64,000 nt of DNA, from positions 4,800,001-4,864,000 of the forward strand of contig CM000153.2 in assembly GCA_000004695.1 (NCBI GenBank). Direction: 5' to 3'. The notes beneath the pieces were generated by a model that was not told where the DNA came from, did not search any database, and worked only from the letters and a program-made list of their open reading frames with translations. The stretch comes from Dictyostelium discoideum (lineage: Eukaryota). Positions 14,848-26,880 of this stretch are shown in pieces (the stretch's first letter is position 1; each line of letters begins with the position of its first letter). The translations under genes were made by a program, and so were the position numbers.

Positions 14848-16796
14848 TTACAATTTAGATTGAATATAATTATCTTTAGTGAAAGGACCACCAACTTGGT
14901 TACAAATATTTTCATAGAGATCACCATCCTCCATACCTAAAGGTGAATTCATTAAGTATTCTTCATTACCAAAACCTTTAACTAAAAGCATAGCTTGTTG
15001 AGAGAGATCAGAACATAATTGACCGATTAATTTGATGATAGCTTTAGCTTTACCTTTCTTTAAGTAGTTACTATTTCTAAAGAATTCGAAATCCTCTCTA
15101 ATGATGTAAAGACCATAGAGTTGGCAAAGTTTCTTTAGGATGGAAGCCAATTCGAGATCCTTTTCAGATTGAATTTTTTCAATAAACTTTTGAAGGATGA
15201 TAGTTTCAGTGTGAGCTTTAGCCAAATGAATTAAAATCTCTAAAGATTGATTCCATGCTGTGAATGATTCTTTTGATTTTTTATAATTCTTACTAACGGT
15301 TTGAGCAGATTGAATTAAAAGTTTTGAAGATCTAAATTCCATGCAATCCAAAAGGAATTGGAAAGAGAGTAAATGGTTGTCATCACTACGCATGGTGGTG
15401 ATTGGGTTCATGCCGCTGAGGAGGAGACTGGTGTTTTTGCCCAAATATTTCAATGTGCCAGTGAACTTGTTTCCACTGTACTCCTTCTTGAATTGTGTGA
15501 GTAAATCCTTGGCAACCTGTTGGAGCAATAGTGTGTTATCACCCTCGAATGTTCTACCTACATCGATTGCGGCCACCAATTTACCCAAACGTGAATAGCC
15601 GCCATAACCATGACCGCCACATAATCTTCTCAATTCCATTAGAGACACAGTGGTGAATTGTGAAGTGATTGCTTTGAGACCCGATGCCAATACATGGATT
15701 TCCGCCTCATCAGTTCTCTCTTGGAATCTCTTACCCAAATAGATTTTAATAGCATCGAATGCATAGGTAGATGCAATCATTGGCATGATGGTGAGTTGAT
15801 GTGTTGGGTATGAAAGAATTGGTATCTCTGGTCCTGTTGAGGTTGGTCCGAATTGTAATCTTTTACATGCATAACGGGTGGCAATTATCAAACCAGACTT
15901 TAAAGTACGAGTTGACCCAAAACTAATGGTGATTCTACCAGTGATCATTTGAGCTAAAATATTTGCAAAACGTCTTGATGGATTCTTAATTGGTGATGAG
16001 TAAATTCCATTCTCTACAGACCCAAAACGATCTAATAAATTTGATGCTGGAATTCTAACATTATCAAATTGAATCCAACCATTATCAACACCATGCAAAC
16101 CAAACTTTGAGCCTACATCACCAATTTTCACACCTGGAAGTAAATCTACTCCATTGGATTTACGAATTGGTACTAAAAAACAATGAACCTCATGATCTTT
16201 ACCATCATCCATTATCAATCTTGCAAATACCGATGAAATCTGTGCATGGCCAGCATTACCAATCCACCATTTAGTCGAAGTTCTATAAGGTGTTTGAATT
16301 ATAAATTCATCGGTCTTTGGATCATAAGTAGCAGTAGTCTCTAATGATCTAACATTACTACCATGTCCTAATTCTGTCATTGCAAAACATCCTAATAATC
16401 TTCCTGATTGAATATCTGGTAATAGTTTATGATGTCTCTCTGTTCCTAAATTAAATACTGCGGCACCAAATAAAAAATTATTTACAATTAATTTTGTCAT
16501 TAAACCTATATTTAAAATACAAATATAATTATAAAAATAAATATTAGTATAAACTATTCTCCTCCCAATTTAGAATTAGGATATGTTTTTTATTACTTAC
16601 TTGCATCATCAAATTGTGATACTATATCAATAAATGCTAAAATTTTACTTGGATCATCACGAAGATCTGAAATTTGTATTAAGCCTTTTTCAAAAACACC
16701 ACGAGTAATTTCTAAAACTTGTTTTAATACCAACACTCTATTAGCCTCTTTTGTCATATCCAATTCTTTTACTTTAAAAACTTCACTAGTTGACAT
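14848..16796 (-). CDS. Peroxisomal acyl-CoA oxidase; exons 16601..16796 and 14848..16505
   Basis: First in-frame ATG at 16796 (MSTSEVFKVKELDMTKEANRVLVLKQVLEITRGVFEKGL...). Donor GTAAGT at 16600-16599; acceptor ATATAG; a+gt=Ser. Exon 2 contains ...CFAMTELGHGSNVRSLETTATYDPKTDEFIIQTPYRTSTKWWIGN...GDNTLLLQQVAK... and ends in -SKL* (PTS1). LETTATYDP and the overall layout match ACOX1/ACX enzymes. Confidence 0.8.
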
Positions 16797-16958
16797 AATT
16801 CTATTTAATTCATCTCTAATCTATATAGAAATAAAAATTAAAAATGAAAAAAAAAAAAAAAATTATTATTATTATTATTTTAATATTAATATTAAAATTT
16901 TAATTAATAATAATAATAATAATAATAATAATGGAAAATTTGAAATTATGATATTTAC

Positions 16959-17135
16959 ATTATGATTTTCAAAACCTTGAATTGACCAATTTTTTAATTT
17001 ATCTGATAATGATAATTTACTTTTTGAATTTTGATCATTTATTTTTTGTTGAACATCATTATTTGATGGTTTAAATTGTAACATTGCTTTATATCCATCT
17101 CCGATTTTATAAGTTTCAATAAATTGGCCTGCCAC
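16959..17135 (-). other. Possible additional 5' coding exon of the acyl-CoA oxidase gene, or an upstream ORF
   Basis: Open frame ...AGQFIETYKIGDGYKAMLQFKPSNNDVQQKINDQNSKSKLSLSDKLKNWSIQGFENHN ends at donor GTAAAT (16958-16957). It is phase-0 compatible with acceptor TATATAG at 16821-16823, which lies directly upstream of, and in frame with, ATG 16796. The frame has no ATG at its 5' end (GTG at 17135; internal ATG at the M of KAML). Confidence 0.25.
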
Positions 17136-18680
17136 TTTTTTTTTTTTTTTTTTTCCTTTTATGTCTGTATATATATATTTTTTTATTTAAATTAGTATGT
17201 GTGTTGTAAAAAAAAATTAAAAAAATAAAAATAAAAATAGTGATTAAAATTTCTACTTTTACTAATTTTTTTTTTTTTTTTTTTTTTTTTTTTGGTTTAA
17301 ATTGTATATTTTAATAATTTATAATGAGTATTTTTTTTATTTTTTTAATTTATTATTTTTTTATTTTTTTATTTTTTTATTTTTTTATTTTTTTATAAAA
17401 AAAAGTAGTTTGAGTGTTAATAGATTTAAAAGTTAATTAACTTTTTGTTAATGCGGAATGTTTTTTTTTTTTTTTTTTTTTTATTCGAGTTTTCAAAAAT
17501 AAAAAATTGGGGTGAATAAATAATTTTTTTAATTTTCTTTTTTTTAATAAATCATGCAGTTTCAAACCCAATTATGGGAATTTTTATTATTTTTTTTATA
17601 TTTTTTGGAATAATACAATGGATTTTGTTTTAAAGAAAAAAAAAAGTAATTAAAAAAAGGTTATTAAAAAAATGTAGAAAATTATTTTTACATACTTTAT
17701 AAATTGTTTTAATAATTTTTTTTTATTTTTTTTATTATTATTATTTACACAATACACAACAACACACAAAAAACAAAAACTAACAAAAATTAAAAAAAAT
17801 ATAAAAAAATAAAAAAAAAATAAAAAAAAAAAAATTATGTAAAGCGAAGGAAACCTTACACTTTAAAAATAAAAAAAAAAATCAAAAAATGATGGGTGTT
17901 TTATGGAAACATACCATTATTTTTAAAAAAAAAATAATTTCAAACAGATATTTTGATTAAAAAAAATAAAAAAAAAAATAAAAATTTAAAAAAAAAAAAA
18001 AAATCGTTTTTGTGACTCAATTTTTTGCAGATGGGCGAGATTAACAAAAATTTAAATAAAAAAAAAATAAAAATTTAAAAAAAAAAAAGTGATTTGCCTG
18101 GGTTTATGTCTCTTTATTATAAATTTCAACCATATCAAAAAAAAACACTTAAAATAAAATTAAACATTGAATGTTTAAAGATATTTTTCATTGGTGTCAT
18201 GTAACCCCATTTTTAAAAAGAATGAATAAAAAAGTTTTTTTTTTTTTAATTCGTTCCTTTTTTTTAATTTATATTATTATTTTTTTTTTTTTTTTTTTTT
18301 CTTTTCTAGACATAACGGTTAAAAAAATAAAAAAAAAAAAAAAAGATTTTATCATTTTGTAAAAATAAAATATAATAATAAAATTAAAACTGGTTAAATT
18401 GGTGGGATTCAAAAAAAAAAAGAAGTTCAGATTTATGGCAAAAAAAAAATAAATAAAATATTAATTTTATATTTTTTATATTTTTTATTCTGGCAAATAA
18501 TTATTATTTTCCAGGTGTGGTTAAAATATTCAAAGAATTTTTTTTTTTGAAAATATCATTTTTCAATTAATTGTTTTCAAAAAATGAGAATAAAGATTTG
18601 TTTTTTTTTTTTTTATTTTTTTTTTTCAATTTTTTTATAAATTTTTTTTTTTTTTTTTTAATTAACAAACATAAAATAAC

Positions 18681-18870
18681 ATGATTAATATATTAAAGGA
18701 CATTCTTTATAAATCATATAGCTATTTAGCATTTCCTTTTTTTTATTTGGGTTGGGCAATAAAAAACTCTTATCAACCTAATAAAACTATAAAAGAAGAA
18801 GAATCAAAACCACCCAAATATCCAAAAGAATGGAGTGATTTATTTATCCATTCTTATAATAATGAACATG

Positions 18871-18903
<33 letters not shown>

Positions 18904-18961
18904 ATTTTTTTTTTTTTTTTTAAAATTCTAAGATATTAAATGTTTAATTAATTTAATTAAA

Positions 18962-19000
<39 letters not shown>

Positions 19001-20247
19001 GGAAAAAGTTTTAGAAATAATTCAAAAGGAACCAAATAGTATAAATTCAGTAGATTCATTAAATTGGACACCTTTACATGTTGCTGTTTCAAATAAATCA
19101 ATTGAAGTTGTTACTTTATTATTAGAAAGAAATATTGAAATTTCAATTAAAAGTTTGTATTGTACAATTATAATTAATTCTTTTTTTTTTATATTTTTTT
19201 TTTAATTTTTTTTTTAATTATTAACTTTTTTTTTTTTTTTTTTATAATTTTTAAATAATAAAGGATATACAGCATTTCATATTGCAGCATGTAATGGTGA
19301 TTTAAATATAATTGAAAAGATGATTACAATGAATAGAGTGCCAAATGGTAATATATTATCAAATGATATGGAGACAAGTTTATTTTTATCAATTACAAAT
19401 AATCATTTTGAAATTTCAGAAAAGATAATGGACTATTATCAAAGTAGTATGAATAGTAATGAATTTAAAAAGATGATTGATCAATTTAATGTCCATGGTG
19501 TATCACCATTGATAATGTCAGTATTAAGAAAGAATTTAAAGATGATAAAGAAATTGATTGAAGAGGGTGATGCAGATATCAATAGTTTTAAAAAGGATAA
19601 TTCAACATCACTACATTGTGCAGCAATAATCGATTTCACCGAAGCAATTGAGTATCTATTAGATATTGGTGGTATTGAACTAATGAATTCAATTAATAGA
19701 TATGGTAATTCACCAATTCATGAAGCTGCAATTAAAGGTAACTTTAAATCAATTCAAACTTTTATAAATCAATTAAAAAAGATAATAATTAAAAATAATT
19801 GTAGTGATGGTGATAGTGATAAAGATAAATTAAATTTATTATTATTGGAAATTATTGATAAAAAAGATAAAGATGGTTCAACACCGTTACATTTATGTTG
19901 TAATTGTGTAAATTCTGATAATATTGAAAATAATTTAAAATCATGTAAAGTTTTAATTGAAGAAGGTGGTGTTCAAGTAAATGGTATCGATAGTGGTAAT
20001 GCAACAGCTTTGCATATATTAGCATGTGTTGGTGAAGATAAATCATTACCATTGGTTAAATATTTCCTTAGTATTGGTTCTGATCCAACAATTGAAAATA
20101 AATATGGGTGGACACCAATTCATCAAGCTTATAATAATAAAAATATTCAAATTTATCAATTACTTTTAGATCATTTAAAATTAACAAATTCAACATATAA
20201 ATTAGATATTGAAAAGAAAAGAGTATTTCAATCATCATCAACATCAA

Positions 20248-20304
<57 letters not shown>

Positions 20305-21260
20305 TATTATTAAATAAAGAAGAATTAAAATTAAAAGGAATTGAAAGATTAAAAAATGTAATTAATGGAATTAAAAAAGGTGAATTTAAAAATGTAATTG
20401 TATTAAGTGGTGCAGGTATAAGTGCCAATGCAGGTATACCACCATATAGAACTAAAGATGGATTGTTGGCAAAGAATAAACAATTTTCATTCTCAATGGA
20501 GATATTAGAGAAACATCCAGATGTATTTTATCAAGCGATAAGAGATCACTTTTATCCCATTATTAAAGCATCAAATGATAATGATCGTGATGATGGTATT
20601 AGTGCAGGTATTAAATCAACGAAATCCCATTATTTCATTAATGATTTAAATGAAAAGTATGGATGTTTATTAAGAAATTATACTCAAAATGTTGACCCTT
20701 TACAAGAGAGAACAGGCACTCCTACCGATAAGATCATTCATGCTCATGGTTCATTCGATCAATGGTATTGTACAGTTTGTCAAAAACAATACACTGATAA
20801 GAGTGATAGAATTTGGAGAGAAATTGGTAGAGGTGGTTTACCATTTTGTACGGAACCTGAATGCAGACATGTCATCAGACCAAATGTTGTGTTCTTTGGT
20901 GAACCACTCTCTCAAGACTTTAGAGTAAATACAATCACAGATTTTAGAAAAGCTGATCTATTAATTGTAATGGGTACAAGTTTAATAGTTTATCCATTCG
21001 CTTCACTTGTTAATGATGTTGCTTCTGATGTTCCAAGATTACTATTCAATTTCGAATCAACTGGTCCATTTGTAAATACAATGGATTTAGAAAGAAAGGA
21101 AAAATTAAAACAACAACAAGAAAATGAAAGTGGTGAATCATCAAATGATAATGATAATAATGAATTAATAGTTGAAGCAAGAGGTAATAGAGATATAGTA
21201 ATTTTAGGTGATTGTGATAAAGGTGTTGATTATTTCAATACTCTATTTAATTCATTTTAA
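18681..21260 (+). CDS. Sir2-family NAD-dependent protein deacetylase with N-terminal ankyrin repeats; exons 18681..18869, 19002..19152, 19264..21260
   Basis: ATG at 18681. Both donors are GTTTGT (18870 and 19153); acceptors are AAATTAG and AATAAAG. Ankyrin repeats (NWTPLHVAVSNKSIEVVTLLLERN, RYTAFHIAACNGDLNIIEKMI, GNSPIHEAAIKGN, GSTPLHLCC, GWTPIHQAY) are followed by the sirtuin core GAGISANAGIPPYR...TQNVDPLQERTG...HGSF...C..C...C..C...VVFFGE...GTSLIVYPF. The protein has a poly-Ser run of about 27 residues. Confidence 0.75.
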
Positions 21261-21851
21261 ATAATAATTAAATAAAAAAAAAAAAAGTAAAAAAAAAAAA
21301 TAAAAGAATAAAAAAAAAAAAAAAAAAAAAAAAATATTATTGTTTAATTTTACTCAACCAAACACTGCATCATTTTACTCAGTCCAACCCCACATTATTT
21401 TATAAAAAAAAAAAACAAAATATCTTCAGTAGTTTTTTTTTTTTCACAGATAATGATATCATTTTTATAAAATTAAAAATATATTATTGTTTAATTTTAC
21501 CCAATCCAACCCCACATCATTTTATAAAAAAAAAAAAGAACAAAATATCTTCGGTAGTTTTTTTTTTCACAAATAATATCATTTTGATAAAATTAAAATA
21601 AAAATATCTTCTTATGTTTTTTTTTTTACAAACAATAACATTTTCATAAAATCCCAAAAAAATTAAAAATTAAAAATAAAAAAAAACATTTTTTTGACCC
21701 AGATATTTATTTTTGAATTATTAGGATAATAACAAAAGATATTTTTTTGTTTTTTATTTTTTTTTTTTTTTATTTTTTTTTATACTTTAAAAAGCTTGTT
21801 TTTTTTTTTTTTTTTCATTCCAATTTTTTTTTTTACACTAAAGATTATAAA

Positions 21852-24800
21852 ATGAATTTACACACAAATAATAATAATAATAATAATAATTATGTAGATG
21901 AAAATCTATTTTGGAAAGTTTATAAAAATTTGTTTATTAGAAATTTAATATTTTATAAAATCATTTCAACAACAGTCATTTATAAATATGATGATGATGA
22001 TAGTCTTAGTAGTGGTAAATTTATTGTACCTTCTGATAGAGTACAATTTAAAAATATAATTTCTTTATCATGGATTGTTAAAAGAAATTTATGGTCATTA
22101 TTAAAGTATAAATTAATTAGTAATGAAGAATTAATTATAAAGAAAAAAGCAATAGAATTACTATTACAAGAATGTAAACATGATAAAGATTTATTAAAAC
22201 TAATCTATCAAAACAAGTATTATCAAATGAATCAAATCGATTTAATTTTAAATTCAATTAAACATTCAAATTTAATGGCATTAAAATTATTCATTGAAGA
22301 ATATAATTTACCGACAAATAATAATTCAATGGATATGGCATTAGAAATTGCAAGTAAACAATATTATAGAAATGAAGAAGAACAAAAACAATCATTTGAA
22401 GTTTTTCAATTTTTTTGGGAAAAGAAAAAAGATACTCTTCAATGCACTCAATCAGAGTTATTCAATCAAAATAGAAATTATAATGCATATATGTTACAAT
22501 TAATTTTAAATAATCCAAGTTTATATGGTGAATCTTTACAATCAAATAATAATAATAATAATAATAGTAGTAGTAATAATATTGGTTTAATGACATCAAG
22601 AGAATTTTTTAATCTTGCAGTTATGTCAGTAATACCTGAAAAAATTAAAATTGAATTACTTAATAGAGGATTCGTTAAAAATGAAAAAAGTATATATCGT
22701 GATGGTGATTATATTGCTAAAACAATTCAAAAGCAATCACCATATCTTCCAAAATCAATTTATAGTTATTTAGAAAAGAGTTATCAAAAGAATGAATTAT
22801 ATGAAAATCGTACCATTTCAGTTTTTTATTTTTTTAAAATATTAATTGAATATCCTGAAAAAGAAGATTCTCTTTCAATTTTAAAAGATTTCGTTAATGT
22901 AGCATACAAATTTACAGATTTAGAAATTAGATCATATAATACATTATCACTTAATCCAAATAGTTATAAAGCAGGTCAAAAAGTAGAAATTTTACAAGCT
23001 ATTTCAAGTTTTAATTTTACATTGAAAATTAAGATAATTGAGTCACTATTTCCAATTGATTCATTAACATTAGAATCTACACGATTCATTTTCGATAGAT
23101 TAAAATCTTCAATTGATAATGCTGGAACAATGAAACATGTTTCAAAGGCAGAATTAATTCCACAAAGTTTATATCATTTGAATATTATAAAAACAGCAGA
23201 TGTAGAATTACTTGACCAATTTTTAAATCACTTTCATTCAGATGCTGAAAGAAATTTAATATTTAAAATTGATGATGAAAATCCATTAAATAAAGATTAT
23301 TTCAAAGATTGCTCAATTCAAGATAGTGAAAAGATATCAAAATTCATTGACAAACTATCAAGTGTTAAAGAATTCAATTCAAATTCAAAATCATTTTTAA
23401 ATTGTTTAAAATCAAAACTTTTACCAATTTCGAGTGAATTATATATTTCAAGTTTATTAAAATTTAAAGAAACATCACGTAAACAAACCTATGTACACGC
23501 AAAAGTTTTAGATGAAACATTGTGTGATTTCTTTTCAGAAAAGAATAATTTTAAATCAAATTTAACATCATTTATTAAATTCATTAATTTTAGAAGTTTA
23601 TCAATTACATATCTCGTTGAAAAAGTTTTATTTTCCAATGATTTTGAACTTATAGAATTATTATTAAATACAATATGTAATAATAATAATAATTATGGCG
23701 CAGGTATTATAATGGTTCCAGTTTCATTTAAAACATCTAATCCTGACATAATTAAATTAATCATTTCGAAAAGTAATTGGCATAAATTATTTGATTTTAA
23801 AGGTTTAATCGATACAGTTATTAGTGATAGCAATGTTTGTAATATTAGTAATCCAAATACCGATTCTCAAACCATTGAATTAATTGAAACTGTTATTGAT
23901 TTTTTACATTCAAATAAAATTTATCAAAGAAATTCAAAAGAAGGATTTGGATTTGGATTTGGATTTGGAACAACGAATCAACAAGAAAATCACACTGAAA
24001 AAACAATAATTTCCAACGATGCAACAAAGATTGCACTTTTAAAAAAGAAATCCATTAAAATTTTACAACTTTTATTAAAATATAAAAATTTGTTTGATTG
24101 GGATTCACAATTATTTCCAAAACTTCCAAAATTACCAACAATTCAATTGGATGATGAAATACTTCCAAAATCAGATAAACCAATAATGTCAATTTATGAA
24201 CAACAAGAATTAGAAGACCAAGATTTATATCAATCTAGAAGAAGAAAGCCAAAAAATAAACATGGTGGTGGACGTGGTAGAAGAAGAATTGATACCTATA
24301 ATGACACTGCTTATGATGGCACCAATAACAACATTCCCTATATCGGTAGTATTGGTGGTAGTGTTTTTGCAAGTACTGAAGATTCAGTCAATGGTGGTGG
24401 TAGTGGTTTTTATAGTAGTAGTAGTAGTATTGGTAGTATTAGTAGTATTAGTAGTATTAGTAGTATTAGTAGTAGTAATAATAATAATGAATTAGGTAGT
24501 GATCAAAGTCAATTTATTCTAGGTGGTAATTTCACAGGTTTTAGTGGCAATTATCAGAGTAAAAGTAAAGATAAAAAAAAGATTAGAAATCTATACAATA
24601 CCAATTTCCTTGATAAATTTAAAACACATCAAGCTCAATCAATATTTGATACAATGGACCAATTATTCACTAGAAATTATACGTTTTCATTTGCATACAC
24701 GAGTGATAGTGTTTTTCAAGATTCAATATATCATTCAATAAAGAATAGAAGAATTGATGTAATTGAAAAATTAATAACTATTCAAATGTTTACAGATAAT

Positions 24801-25148
24801 CATGCAAAATTAATTTATTCAGATTTTTTAAAAAGAATTATTAGAAATGATGACGGTGTTGATTTAGTAACTTTTAAATACCTTTTTTCTCATAGATTCC
24901 TCAAGATATTCAGTACAGAGTTTTTACAAACAATGTCACAAGAATTATTAATTTGTGCTGTTTCAGAATGTTGTTTTCATCTTTGTCATTGGTTATTGTC
25001 AACAGATAATCCATGTAATGTATATGTTGAATTCTTGCCATTTAAAACGACCTACATTTTAAATGTCGAGAAAAAATTATCATATTGTGCATCACCAGTT
25101 TTCAAAGATTATATGATGAAAAAAATAAAACCTTTTATTAAATACTAA
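21852..25148 (+). CDS. Large orphan protein, 1099 aa, single exon, low-complexity rich (GFGFGFGF, SISSISSIS); founder of a locally duplicated family
   Basis: One uninterrupted frame. First ATG at 21852 (MNLHTNNNN...); the ORF-track start at 21747 is in poly-T and probably not used. Three degenerate partial copies of this gene occur elsewhere in the window. Confidence 0.6.
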   Translation: MNLHTNNNNNNNNYVDENLFWKVYKNLFIRNLIFYKIISTTVIYKYDDDDSLSSGKFIVPSDRVQFKNIISLSWIVKRNLWSLLKYKLISNEELIIKKKAIELLLQECKHDKDLLKLIYQNKYYQMNQIDLILNSIKHSNLMALKLFIEEYNLPTNNNSMDMALEIASKQYYRNEEEQKQSFEVFQFFWEKKKDTLQCTQSELFNQNRNYNAYMLQLILNNPSLYGESLQSNNNNNNNSSSNNIGLMTSREFFNLAVMSVIPEKIKIELLNRGFVKNEKSIYRDGDYIAKTIQKQSPYLPKSIYSYLEKSYQKNELYENRTISVFYFFKILIEYPEKEDSLSILKDFVNVAYKFTDLEIRSYNTLSLNPNSYKAGQKVEILQAISSFNFTLKIKIIESLFPIDSLTLESTRFIFDRLKSSIDNAGTMKHVSKAELIPQSLYHLNIIKTADVELLDQFLNHFHSDAERNLIFKIDDENPLNKDYFKDCSIQDSEKISKFIDKLSSVKEFNSNSKSFLNCLKSKLLPISSELYISSLLKFKETSRKQTYVHAKVLDETLCDFFSEKNNFKSNLTSFIKFINFRSLSITYLVEKVLFSNDFELIELLLNTICNNNNNYGAGIIMVPVSFKTSNPDIIKLIISKSNWHKLFDFKGLIDTVISDSNVCNISNPNTDSQTIELIETVIDFLHSNKIYQRNSKEGFGFGFGFGTTNQQENHTEKTIISNDATKIALLKKKSIKILQLLLKYKNLFDWDSQLFPKLPKLPTIQLDDEILPKSDKPIMSIYEQQELEDQDLYQSRRRKPKNKHGGGRGRRRIDTYNDTAYDGTNNNIPYIGSIGGSVFASTEDSVNGGGSGFYSSSSSIGSISSISSISSISSSNNNNELGSDQSQFILGGNFTGFSGNYQSKSKDKKKIRNLYNTNFLDKFKTHQAQSIFDTMDQLFTRNYTFSFAYTSDSVFQDSIYHSIKNRRIDVIEKLITIQMFTDNHAKLIYSDFLKRIIRNDDGVDLVTFKYLFSHRFLKIFSTEFLQTMSQELLICAVSECCFHLCHWLLSTDNPCNVYVEFLPFKTTYILNVEKKLSYCASPVFKDYMMKKIKPFIKY

Positions 25149-25227
25149 ATAACAAAATAAAAAATAAATCATAAAATAAAAAAAATTAAATAAATTTAAA
25201 ATACACGTAATATTATCCTCACACATT

Positions 25228-25268
<41 letters not shown>

Positions 25269-25284
25269 CAAAAAAATATATTTG

Positions 25285-25326
<42 letters not shown>

Positions 25327-25894
25327 ATTAGAAATTACAACAAAAACAACCATTTGAAATTTTTCAATATTAAGTTAAAAATTTTCTTGAGTATTGAAGT
25401 TAAAATATAATTTTTGTCACTGCCCAAAATATAATACTTTGTACAAAAAAAAAAAAATTTCACCCTTTCAAAACTGTTATATTTTAATAAAGATTGGTTT
25501 GTTTTGAAAATAATATTAAATTTTGGTCAAAAAAAAAAAAACTCATTAAAACGAAAGTTTTTTTTTTTTAAACCAAAAAAAAAAAAAAAAAAAAAATTAC
25601 TTATTGATTAATAATAGTTTATACATTAAAGGTAGGGATTTTTCACTGTAAAACTGGATAAAAAGTTTTTTGATTATCTATATCCAATTTTTTTTTTTTT
25701 TTTTAAAGCTATTGTTACTGCCATTTAAGATATTTGCAATCGTTTTTTTTTTTGCGTCATTGTGACCACTAAATCCATTTTCCATTTAATTCAAAAAAGT
25801 TTGCTAGGTAAATTAAAAATATAATGTTTAAAAAAATTAAATTGCATAGGAAATTTATTTTTAATGGAATTTTTTTATTTATTAAAAATCTATT

Positions 25895-26186
25895 TTAATA
25901 TTTATAATGGCATCTTGGTTCTGGACGACATGGTGGACATGGACGACAAATTGGACGTGGTGGTGGACATGGATGACAACTATTCCAATGGTGGCTACCC
26001 CATCCCGATGTTTCATTTGAACCAAATGAACCACTTGAACTACCAGTTTCAATTGATGAAACACTTGATTTCAAAGAACCAGTGCTTAATGATGATAATG
26101 ATGCTTTTAAAAATTATTTATTAATAAAATAATAAATTTAAATAATTTTTTTTTTTTTAGGAAAAAAACTTACAAAATAGGGTCAT
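25895..26186 (-). CDS. HssA/2C/7E-family small protein; exons 26174..26186 and 25895..26103, about 73 aa
   Basis: First exon ATGACCCTATTTT followed by GTAAGT; 70-nt intron ending TTTTTAAAAG. Protein [73 protein letters not shown]. The frame is not in the ORF track because the 13-nt first exon holds the only ATG. Confidence 0.5.
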
Positions 26187-26630
26187 TTTAAAATTTTAAT
26201 AGTTTCTTGTTTAAAAATTAGAGTTTGATTTAATATTTTTTTTTTCTAATTTGGTTACAATTTATAGTTTTTTTTTTTAAAAAAAAGAATAGAAAAACAA
26301 ATAATTTTTTAATTTTATTTTTTAAAATCATACTTTTTGTTTTTTCATTTTTATTTTTTTTTATATCAAAAAACACAATCTCCCCCCATTATATTTTTCT
26401 ATTTGACTTGTGAATTATTTATTCATAAATGATTACTTGTTATATTAATTATTATTATAAATGGGCCTTTGGATTTTGAAATATCAAGAATTCTTAAAAT
26501 AAAAAAGTCTTAAAAAAAAAAAAAAAAAATTTATGGCCACACCAAAAAAGATAATTTTTTTTTTTTTTTTAATCTCAATTGTTTTATTTCAATTTTTATT
26601 TTTAAAATATTATTGTAAAGGTTCACCTTC

Positions 26631-26880
26631 TCCAACACCGTATAAACTTGAATTATATCAAGATCCTATCATTTCAGTTTTTTATTTTTAAAATATTAAT
26701 AGAATATCCTGAAAAAGAAGATTCTCTTTCAATTTTAAAAGATTTCGTTAATATTTCATCCGAATTCCCAATTTTGAAATTAGATTATATAACACTTTTC
26801 ACCGGAGAAAATACCTAAGAAATTTTACTATTTTGTGAGAAATTAAACTACCGCAAAAACTCATATTTTAAGAAACGACA
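26631..26880 (+). pseudogene. Short degenerate fragment homologous to the 21852..25148 family (region ...YENRTISVFYFFKILIEYPEKEDSLSILKDFVN...)
   Basis: About 110 nt are near-identical to 22810-22900 and to the minus-strand copy at about 14380-14470. Similarity then decays, with no continuing ORF. Confidence 0.5.

Noticed and set aside
25864-26124. Plus-strand ORF ([11 protein letters not shown]...) and the minus-strand ORF listed in the track ([12 protein letters not shown]...).
   Set aside because: Both are alternate-frame readings of the hssA-like exon at 25895..26103. The correct frame ([13 protein letters not shown]...CHYKY) is the one with a 13-nt first exon and canonical intron.
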